The notes: generated from the sequence alone by a model not told the origin. Shown: positions 18,997-26,248, counted from the stretch's first letter. The stretch: DNA of 49,164 nt from Parcubacteria group bacterium Greene0416_36 (GCA_007375725.1 VMEV01000010.1:1-49164); one strand, 5' to 3'. Numbers and translations are program-made.

Positions 18997-21030
18997 TTAT
19001 TTCTTCAAAAACGCACGGGCATCCAGACAACAATCTGCAAAGGTTTTGCCAGATATATAAGAGGTTCTTAGCTTTTCAGGGAGGGCGTAATAGACAAGCC
19101 CCTTAAATCTCTGATCATAACAGATCGTAACGGATTTGATTTTCCCGTCGCGTTCCGTACGGCCGCGGGCTTGCTTGATACGGATCTTGACCAGCCATTG
19201 ATGGATAGCGAAAGCGCCGTTTTTGCCGAACTTGCGATTCTCGAACTTCGACTCGGGAGAATTCGGATCAGGGTATCCAGGACGAAGGGTGATCACTACT
19301 TGAGCCAGACCATCCGGCAAGTCAATCCCTTCGGAAAAATTCTGCTCCGTACCGAGTAAAACCATGCCTTTGCCACCGCGAAACAATTCCACAGCTTCTT
19401 TGGGAGTTTTCGGCATAGTACCCAGCATCGCATCCGATCTCGGACTATTCGAACTGCGACCTCGGGAATAAGTGATGACATCGAGATTTTCTTTGTCCGG
19501 AGAGGAATAGAATAAGAACTTATCCAACTCTTGATGCGATCCAACCAGAACTAAAACACGAATCCCTTCGGCGTTAAAAAGTTTGCATTCCTTAACAATA
19601 CTTTCCAGGCTCTTGGCAGGTTCTCTATCCGAACGCACACTGTAAGCCAGACTCGGAGTGTCGCTCGGCATATAAATACGGGTGTTCTCAGCCGGGAAAC
19701 CGGATTCGAGAAAAAGATACTGAGGAAAATCAATGCCGGAAATATACCCAAAAACAGTACGGTCGCCAATGGTGGCGGACATCGCCAAAGTTCGGGACAA
19801 AAGCACTTTCTTACGAATCAGAGGCCTCACATGATGGGACTGGATGGTAAGGCGATTGATGACTTTTGGCCCCCTTCCTCCGTATTCTTCTTCTGGAATG
19901 GGTTCAGACACAAAATAACTGAATACATAGTTGAGTGCCATGTGCTTGATTTCATCATTTTCTTCCTTGGGAATAGCATAACGAAGGGACTGGATGTACC
20001 TCCAAAGATTGAAAAGAAGATTCTGCACCTCATTGAGAGCTTCGCGCCCTCCTTCCGCTTGGCTCGCCATTTTCTCCAATTCATTTTTTTTGGATTCCAA
20101 AGGAGAAGTGTCAATGGCTTCCAAGGCTTTGATGAGTTTTTTGATTTCATCATCTTCCAAGACGATTTTGGTGAAAGGAGGCTTATTCCTAGATACGATT
20201 TTCTTGAACACAACGAGAAATTTCTTGAGAGAGACGGACACACTTTCGTCCACTTTCTCCACGACCTCAATCGCGCGTTCTAAATGCCAGTCAGTAATAT
20301 CGTAAGAGAGGACATTGCGCACCAGTGGCGTGATATTGTGAACTTCATCCAGGACCACCGCGTCATGATCTTCCCAAACCCCTTTCTCGCTTTTAAAAAG
20401 CCTCATGATCAAATAAAAGGCATACGTGGTCACAACAATTCCCTCGTACTGCTTAGCCGCATATTTATGAGCATAATACGGACAGGGAACCGCCCCTTCT
20501 TCAAGAGTTTTTCCAGTCGCCTGATCCACCCGATGACCGCAGCTTCGCAGTATCGCACAAGGAATTTCATTGGCTTTCCACGCCGGCTTTTGATCCGGAT
20601 AATAAAGACAATCATGAGACTCTCTGCCTTCGAGCACAAATACCATATCCGAAAAACGCTTAGCGATTTGTTTGGCTTGAGCCAAATTGGGCACCACGTA
20701 GAAAATTCGTTTATAGCCATGCAATTTCCGAAGAACTGAAAGCCACACGATACCAATGAGAGACTTGCCGACGCCAGTTTCTCCCTCCAATAAAACTTGA
20801 TCATGGCCTTGGGATAGAAAACGAAAAGCCTTGAGCTGAGCCTCTCTCATTCGGAAATAACGCGGAATATGCCAAGGAAAACACTCCACATAAGGAGCCA
20901 ATGCCGGATTGGCAGCGACTTCCACAGCAAGCATTTCTCTTGTATACCCTTCCTGAGGCGATTCTTGTACGATCGGAATAGGGGAAGGTGTATCTGCAAT
21001 TGAACCCAATAATAATTGATCCGCCATCAT
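18997..21030 (-). CDS. DinG/Rad3-family SF2 helicase with probable FeS-binding cysteines
   Basis: GETGVGKS (motif I), DEVH (II), SAT (III), EGIDLP (V), QARGRTER (VI); GRESHDC...PC....C...PCPYY cysteine cluster. Confidence 0.88.
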   Translation of the reverse strand: MMADQLLLGSIADTPSPIPIVQESPQEGYTREMLAVEVAANPALAPYVECFPWHIPRYFRMREAQLKAFRFLSQGHDQVLLEGETGVGKSLIGIVWLSVLRKLHGYKRIFYVVPNLAQAKQIAKRFSDMVFVLEGRESHDCLYYPDQKPAWKANEIPCAILRSCGHRVDQATGKTLEEGAVPCPYYAHKYAAKQYEGIVVTTYAFYLIMRLFKSEKGVWEDHDAVVLDEVHNITPLVRNVLSYDITDWHLERAIEVVEKVDESVSVSLKKFLVVFKKIVSRNKPPFTKIVLEDDEIKKLIKALEAIDTSPLESKKNELEKMASQAEGGREALNEVQNLLFNLWRYIQSLRYAIPKEENDEIKHMALNYVFSYFVSEPIPEEEYGGRGPKVINRLTIQSHHVRPLIRKKVLLSRTLAMSATIGDRTVFGYISGIDFPQYLFLESGFPAENTRIYMPSDTPSLAYSVRSDREPAKSLESIVKECKLFNAEGIRVLVLVGSHQELDKFLFYSSPDKENLDVITYSRGRSSNSPRSDAMLGTMPKTPKEAVELFRGGKGMVLLGTEQNFSEGIDLPDGLAQVVITLRPGYPDPNSPESKFENRKFGKNGAFAIHQWLVKIRIKQARGRTERDGKIKSVTICYDQRFKGLVYYALPEKLRTSYISGKTFADCCLDARAFLKK

Positions 21031-21123
21031 TTTTTCCTTTCAGGAAAATTAATAAGAAACAAACTAAAACACGAACAGGTTCATTCAATCAGAAAACCCA
21101 TAATTTGTAAAGACTCGTCCAAT

Positions 21124-21153
21124 AAAAAAACACTCTCTTGGCGAGAATGTTTT
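21124..21153 (-). terminator. Possible terminator/attenuator between the RAMP-like gene and the helicase
   Basis: Minus strand aaaacattctc-gccaa-gagagtgtttt, then ttt. Confidence 0.5.
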
Positions 21154-21186
21154 AATTGTCCAATATTTCACTATAAAATCTATCGA

Positions 21187-22053
21187 TTATGTTTTTCCGG
21201 AATTCGCAGGAAGAGAAACTCCTTCCTTCACTTCTTCCTCTTCCATTTTATACGGAAGCGAAATGTATTCATAATCGTCTTCTTTCAAGAGTTCTTTCTT
21301 TACTTCTTGCACACGAACAATCTTGAAGGTACCGTTGGTGCCGTTACAGTTTACACGATAGGACCCGATTCCATAGATCACACCGCCGTTTTTGAGGCAT
21401 TGAAGCGCGATATCGATAGTCTTGGGACCCAAACGATCTTTGACTTCGCAGAGGAATTTGATCTGGGTGCCTTCGGGGTATTCGGGACGCACAATGCGGC
21501 AAGTGATTTCAGCTTTTGGAATAACACCGCGGTCTTCATTGACACGGAATTTTTCCTTTCCGACAATGCACATTTCCTGATCCACAAATTCGGCAGTATA
21601 CCCCAAAATCCTGAAAAAAGAACCGATAATGCTTCCGCTGGTCTTGGTGGAAACTTTCTTGCGATTGCCCAAATCCACATCACATCCCCCGCAACGAGTA
21701 GCCGCATAAATCCACTTGGCAGGCACGCCCGATTTACCAGAATCAGGATCGATCCACACTTTTTTCCTGGCAATTTCTATGCCCGGAAGCCCTTTTACCT
21801 TAACTTTCTTATCAGCAGAATCGATTTCCAATAATTTCTCTGGAGTCATCGGATCGCCCAAAAGTGGAGAGGTCGTTTGGATCGTGATTTCCAAAATGGT
21901 GATATATTTGGTTCCATACGAAACAGGAGAGGAACCTTTCTTTTCCTTTTTCTTCCCCTTTTCAGCGCTCGCCGCACTATCAGCAACGGTTTCAACCACG
22001 GGAATCGGTTCAGTCGCGACAGCAGAGGAACTATCATTTTTTTGTCTAGCCAT
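21187..22053 (-). CDS. Stand-alone RAMP/Cas7-like protein (288 aa)
   Basis: AAGGAG RBS before ATG 22053. LEITIQTTSPLL first strand, G.P...I.AA helix, RPEY...T.I.F and a C-terminal glycine-rich loop GG..YGIGSYR....G..GTF, which is the RAMP/Cas7 layout. Judged by eye, no HMM run. Confidence 0.75.
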   Translation of the reverse strand: MARQKNDSSSAVATEPIPVVETVADSAASAEKGKKKEKKGSSPVSYGTKYITILEITIQTTSPLLGDPMTPEKLLEIDSADKKVKVKGLPGIEIARKKVWIDPDSGKSGVPAKWIYAATRCGGCDVDLGNRKKVSTKTSGSIIGSFFRILGYTAEFVDQEMCIVGKEKFRVNEDRGVIPKAEITCRIVRPEYPEGTQIKFLCEVKDRLGPKTIDIALQCLKNGGVIYGIGSYRVNCNGTNGTFKIVRVQEVKKELLKEDDYEYISLPYKMEEEEVKEGVSLPANSGKT

Positions 22054-22112
22054 GCTAGATCTCCTTAAAAACAAAATACTCAATCTACACAAAACACTAA
22101 AAAATAACAATC

Positions 22113-22353
22113 GAGGTTCAAAGACCCCCTTTACAATACACTACTTAAAAATAAACAGATGAAAAATGAAGGAACATACTCTATTTCGAGGTTAAAACCT
22201 CCAAAACATTAACTTACGAAACAACAAATTAATTAACACCGTTTTAAAGAAATCAATAAAACAGTATATACCGCCCGCATAATGCAGGCCTAAACCTCAC
22301 AGGGATTGACGCAAATCCGCGCAATTATACTCAGAGGTAATCTGCAGGAAAAT
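22113..22353 (-). ncRNA. Putative guide-RNA array 2 (3 units) in the leader of the RAMP-like gene
   Basis: Hairpins 22113-22128, 22188-22201 and 22273-22289; purine every 5 nt on + for 11, 13 and 12 steps from 22133, 22206 and 22294; G.U pairs form only on the minus strand. Confidence 0.82.
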
Positions 22354-22499
22354 TGTCGTTCTAATTGTAAAGAACGTGTTCATCCAAGCATAACCCCAAA
22401 TACTTGTCAAATCTTCCAGGATATGCTTCAATGATGAGTCCAATGTAATTTCAGACCGAGAGACTATAAAACAAATTCCAATCAAAACAGGAGAAACAA

Positions 22500-23489
22500 A
22501 TGAACGATATCGCAACAAGACCAGTACGCGAAAAGAGTCCATGGACCGTGGCCTTTGAAAACAGAAAACATCTCGGAGATTTTTCTACCCCAGCTTGGAA
22601 ACAGGCATATGGTATTATCAATAAAGATTTTTCCAGATTCGAAATACTCGACTGCCCAAATAAAGCGGGACTTACCATTGACTGCGGGCACGCCAGAATC
22701 AAAAACCAAGCAATCGGGATAGAAGGAAACACCTTAATGGTGCACATCTCCGATGTCGCAAGCTTCATTCCCAAAGACAGCCCTCTGGATGTCGAAATGC
22801 AGAGCCGAGTCATATCCATACAAAATTCCAGGATTCTCCCCTTCCGGTTAGCAAAGGAACAGTTCTCGCTGGAACAGAATCAGAAAACCAAATGCCTCAC
22901 GTTCCAATGGGCATTCGATGAATACGGAGAAATCAATCAGTTGCGACGAAAAATATACCATTCCAATGTCGAGGTCCCGATATCGATTTCATTTGAACAA
23001 GCCGATGGCATCCTCGAGGATCCTCTACACAAATACCACCCAGTCATACGAAGCCTCAAATCGATCGGAGAACATCTGGTCGACCTGCGCATCCGCAATG
23101 AGTGGACATTCACGCGCGAACGAAAAAAAACATGGGTGGAAAAAAACGGACAATGGATTTTCACAGACTATATCGACGGGTCTCAATCCCCCAATGACTG
23201 GATCATGCAGGAGGTCATGATTCTAGTGAATTACACCGTGGCATCCCTGTTAGACCAATTGGGTATCCATGGATGCTACACCGATCCCTATCGCTCTCCC
23301 AATGGTATCCGCTATTGCCAAGCCACAGCCCCCATGCATAATTTGGAAGATCTTGTAAATCAAAGGATTCTATTGGCATTATTATCACTCGGGAAAATTC
23401 CTATACCCTATACCCTGGAAGAAATGGAGGAAATCAAAACCAAAACCAATCGCATGTACTTCGCCCGATCTTCGGGAGGGAAAAAATAA
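22500..23489 (+). CDS. RNB (RNase II/R catalytic)-domain protein, predicted inactive
   Basis: TID...LMVHISDVASFIP.DSPLD.E..R..S, FSL, EVMILVN and ATAPM..LEDLVNQRIL match RNB motifs; the catalytic DxDD is replaced by IKNQ. Confidence 0.75.
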   Translation: MNDIATRPVREKSPWTVAFENRKHLGDFSTPAWKQAYGIINKDFSRFEILDCPNKAGLTIDCGHARIKNQAIGIEGNTLMVHISDVASFIPKDSPLDVEMQSRVISIQNSRILPFRLAKEQFSLEQNQKTKCLTFQWAFDEYGEINQLRRKIYHSNVEVPISISFEQADGILEDPLHKYHPVIRSLKSIGEHLVDLRIRNEWTFTRERKKTWVEKNGQWIFTDYIDGSQSPNDWIMQEVMILVNYTVASLLDQLGIHGCYTDPYRSPNGIRYCQATAPMHNLEDLVNQRILLALLSLGKIPIPYTLEEMEEIKTKTNRMYFARSSGGKK

Positions 23490-23500
23490 AAAACAAACAA

Positions 23501-23661
23501 TTCTGTCCTGTCTATTTGCCTAGATCAAAACAAACTAAATTTGAATTTAGGTCCTTTATAATAAAGGACGAAAAAATTTCACATTATTCACGTCAAACAA
23601 ACCTAATTCACGTGGACTTAATTTCATTCCTGTTCGTCTCTGAGCCTCTCTAATCGAGGCT
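23501..23661 (+). ncRNA. Putative guide-RNA array 3 (2 units), opposite orientation, downstream of RNB-like gene 1
   Basis: Pyrimidine every 5 nt at 23501-23546 (10 steps) and 23588-23638 (11 steps); each tract ends 5 nt before a hairpin (23551-23569, 23643-23661) that is followed by GAAA/GGAAAT. Confidence 0.78.
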
Positions 23662-23668
23662 GGAAATC

Positions 23669-23717
23669 AAAAAGTAGCTTCTTCTCAAATTTCAGAAAAA
23701 GCTACTTTTATTTTTTT
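23669..23717. terminator. Bidirectional terminator between convergent arrays 3 and 4
   Basis: AAAAGTAGCTT...AAGCTACTTTTATTTTTTT. Confidence 0.7.
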
Positions 23718-23718
23718 C

Positions 23719-23957
23719 AGCCCCCAGAGAGGGCTCTTGAATATACTATAATTTAGAGTGCCTGAAAGAACAGAACAATAAGGCACGGAAAAGCAAACCG
23801 CGTTTTTAGAAAAACGCCAACACTTAACTCTTGATCGAAATAAAATAATACACAGGAATAAACTATAATAGAACAGCATCCGAGTATGGTGAGTACTCCT
23901 AGAATTGAATGGAATTTACAACAAAGGACAATGATGAGCACCAATCTACAGTAAAAG
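23719..23957 (-). ncRNA. Putative guide-RNA array 4 (3 units)
   Basis: Hairpins 23719-23735, 23800-23817 and 23882-23898; purine every 5 nt from 23740 (12 steps), 23822 (10 of 11) and 23903 (11). Confidence 0.82.
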
Positions 23958-23966
23958 TACCCAATG

Positions 23967-23995
23967 AAACTAGCAATTGGATAGAGGGATGTCAA
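23967..23995 (-). promoter_or_regulatory. sigma70 promoter for array 4
   Basis: Minus strand TTGACA-17 nt-TAGTTT with TG extended -10. Confidence 0.7.
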
Positions 23996-24081
23996 GAGCA
24001 AGCCCTTGTACAATCGATCCGGATATGCTTCAATACTCTCGATTTTCAGTATATTTATCTCTCATTTTAAGGAGTCCAAAA

Positions 24082-25029
24082 ATGGCTAAAAATGGCCAAA
24101 AAAAGAAGATCAACTGGAAAGAGTATTTTGAAAAAAGACAGAATTCGTATCTGTCGGATGCGTCACGCGAAGAATTCGTCAAACATCTGCATTCTGCAGC
24201 ATCCGAAAATAAAAAAATAGAAAGGACAATAATCACCAGCATCACATTCGACAAGGAAATCTATATGAATGAGGCGATACTGATCGAATATCCCTATATT
24301 CATATCAGCGTCCCGGATATAGTCAGTCTCGTTACTCCCAAGAAGACACTGGATAAAGAATTGTACGAGAGAGCCTCTTCCGTTAAAGATAACCCTCTTT
24401 TTCCGGAAGATCTCATCAACCTTCGATCCTCTTTCAAGCATGATGAACTTCGAAATGCTTATACTCTCTCTTGGAAATTTGGCGATGCCGGAGAAATTCA
24501 AGAACCCAAATTTTATCCCAGCCAAATTCTATCAATTGGATATATCCAACCTTCGCCAAGCGCTGAAGCTAAAGACTATCCCAAGAACTTGGAACAAATC
24601 GGACTAAAACTCATTGATCGCAGAATCAAAACGTTTCAGCTCTTCAAGAAAGAGGAAAAATTGCCAGTTGCAGAGAAAGAAGGCTATAAAATTTTCGAAT
24701 GCTACCTCAGAAACTCCACCATGAGCTGGGTTGAAAAAGAACTTGCCATCTTTGCCAATATCCAAGCTGGGGAACTATTTCATCAGAAAGGCATAGCCGC
24801 ATGTTTTGCCTCTCCCTATGGTTCTCCCTGTGAAACCCACTATGCTCCCATCATGCGGCCGCTGGATTCCTATCGAGATCTCATCAATCAGCGAGCACTC
24901 TTGTCAATTTTCACCGGACTCAAAAAGGATTTCCCCTATACTCCCGCGCAGATAGCGAAAATAAATGAAAGGATTCAAACACGGTACAGCGCGTGGAAAA
25001 ATCTAGAAAAGAAAAATTCTAATCTATGA
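24082..25029 (+). CDS. Second RNB-like protein (paralogue), predicted inactive
   Basis: AAGGAG RBS before ATG 24082; IHISVPDI...LD.E..ERASSV, ELAIFAN and HYAPIMRPLDSYRDLINQRAL; catalytic aspartate motif lost. Confidence 0.7.
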   Translation: MAKNGQKKKINWKEYFEKRQNSYLSDASREEFVKHLHSAASENKKIERTIITSITFDKEIYMNEAILIEYPYIHISVPDIVSLVTPKKTLDKELYERASSVKDNPLFPEDLINLRSSFKHDELRNAYTLSWKFGDAGEIQEPKFYPSQILSIGYIQPSPSAEAKDYPKNLEQIGLKLIDRRIKTFQLFKKEEKLPVAEKEGYKIFECYLRNSTMSWVEKELAIFANIQAGELFHQKGIAACFASPYGSPCETHYAPIMRPLDSYRDLINQRALLSIFTGLKKDFPYTPAQIAKINERIQTRYSAWKNLEKKNSNL

Positions 25030-25056
25030 AATTGATCGGTTTCCAAAAAAACCATC

Positions 25057-25100
25057 AAAAAAGTAGCCGATATTTAACCATCAGGCTACTTTTATTTTTT
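25057..25100. terminator. Bidirectional terminator between RNB-like gene 2 and array 5
   Basis: AAAAGTAGCC...GGCTACTTTTATTTTTT, nearly the same as 23669-23717. Confidence 0.7.
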
Positions 25101-25102
25101 CC

Positions 25103-25482
25103 GTGGATTGAATCCACCTGCACACAAATTGATTATGGCTTGAGTCAAGGCAATCCGAAATAATATAGAGAAATCTACGATAATTCAAAAAACAGAACAG
25201 CAATCCGCGCTCTTTTCTAAAAGCGCCTTAAATTTACATTAAATCAATGTAAGTTACACCGGTCGAGACTAAAGAGGTACAATTCGCCTGATAAGTCAGG
25301 CCAGCGATAAAAACCAACTCAAACTACATAAATCTGATATACGTAAATATGACGAAACCATTCGCGTCTGAAAAGACGCCTAGACAAGAAAGCAACGAAA
25401 TCAACACTAAGCCAAATAACAGAACAATAATCCGCGCCCCATTCAATGAGCGCCTACAATAAAAACAAGATTAAATAGAAAA
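25103..25482 (-). ncRNA. Putative guide-RNA array 5 (5 hairpins; 4 complete tracts plus a short leader tract)
   Basis: Hairpins 25103-25117, 25207-25226, 25286-25301, 25364-25379 and 25434-25453; purine every 5 nt from 25122 (17 steps), 25231 (11), 25306 (11), 25384 (10) and 25458 (5). Confidence 0.85.
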
Positions 25483-25505
25483 CACAACAAATTAAGAACT
25501 CATCA

Positions 25506-25534
25506 AACTTATACAATCAATCAATGATTGTCAA
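25506..25534 (-). promoter_or_regulatory. sigma70 promoter for array 5
   Basis: Minus strand TTGACA-17 nt-TAAGTT, then boxA-like GTTCTTAA. Confidence 0.7.
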
Positions 25535-25539
25535 GGGTG

Positions 25540-25571
25540 TGTCGCAAAAACATAATAATGTCTTTGCGACA
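25540..25571. promoter_or_regulatory. Palindromic operator-like site TGTCGCAA-N16-TTGCGACA (second copy at 34375-34406)
   Basis: Identical half-sites and spacing at two loci, each between back-to-back TTGACA boxes. Confidence 0.65.
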
Positions 25572-25577
25572 AAATTC

Positions 25578-25606
25578 TTGACAATTGATTTTAGAAAATT
25601 TATAAT
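25578..25606 (+). promoter_or_regulatory. Consensus sigma70 promoter of the mazEF-like operon
   Basis: TTGACA-17 nt-TATAAT. Confidence 0.85.
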
Positions 25607-25629
25607 ACACACAAATAATGTGTAAAGAT

Positions 25630-25890
25630 ATGTCAACTATCACACTCTCACCCAATACGAAAGAACGCATCAATGTCATGCTTCCACGACGGATCATCCG
25701 TTCGATCGGCCGTCTATCGAAAAATAGAAAACGAAGCCAATTCATCGCAACCGCGGTCGATTTTTATATTGATTCAATGCAAAACAAAAAACTCAAATCT
25801 CTTCTACAAGAAGGAGCGCAAAAAAGATCCGAAAGAGATCAGATAATCACCGAAGAAATGGGCCTCATCGATACGGTTTATGAAAAATAA
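25630..25890 (+). CDS. Ribbon-helix-helix antitoxin (MazE/EndoAI-like)
   Basis: RINVMLP...I......RSQFI..AV pattern; overlaps the start of the toxin gene. Confidence 0.8.
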   Translation: MSTITLSPNTKERINVMLPRRIIRSIGRLSKNRKRSQFIATAVDFYIDSMQNKKLKSLLQEGAQKRSERDQIITEEMGLIDTVYEK

Positions 25891-26248
25891 GACCCTTTTC
25901 CCAAAGCGAGGCGAAATATATCTCGTCAATTTTGATCCTACAGTAGGAGCGGAGATGAAAAAAACACGGCCGGCTCTCATTTTACAAAATGATATTGCAA
26001 ACAAATATAGCGCCATAACCATCATCGCAGCAATCACCTCTCAATTCGAACTGCCTCTCTACCCTACTGAAGTTTTATTGGACTCTTCCGCATGCCGGCT
26101 AGACAAAGAATCAGTCATAGTACTCAATCAAATCCGATCCATCGACAAAACACGCCTGATCAAAAAAATCGGAGAAATTCCAGCGAAGTCATTACAGCAA
26201 ATAGAAATAGCACTAAAAATAAGCCTGGGTCTTATAAAGATAGAATAA
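25880..26248 (+). CDS. mazF: PemK/MazF-family toxin endoribonuclease
   Basis: KRGEIYLVNFDPTVGAE.KKTRPALILQND..N, QIRSIDK.RL. Confidence 0.93.
   Translation: MKNKTLFPKRGEIYLVNFDPTVGAEMKKTRPALILQNDIANKYSAITIIAAITSQFELPLYPTEVLLDSSACRLDKESVIVLNQIRSIDKTRLIKKIGEIPAKSLQQIEIALKISLGLIKIE

Noticed and set aside
21034-21075. Possible extra array unit upstream of the helicase (aataa gaaac aaact aaaac acgaa after a small stem)
   Set aside because: Only about 5 pentamers in very A-rich sequence, and the stem overlaps the RBS; not distinguishable from chance.
22054-22110. ORF-track N-terminal extensions of the RAMP protein (to 22110) and RNB-like protein 2 (from 23977)
   Set aside because: Strong AAGGAG RBSs support starts at 22053 and 24082; the extensions overlap leader or promoter sequence.
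17889-25482. Calling the arrays a canonical CRISPR or TIGR array
   Set aside because: There is no conserved direct repeat of 23-47 nt, no box C/D-like repeats, and no cas1/cas2/cas6 or Nop-domain gene. The conserved features are hairpin structure and a 5-nt register.
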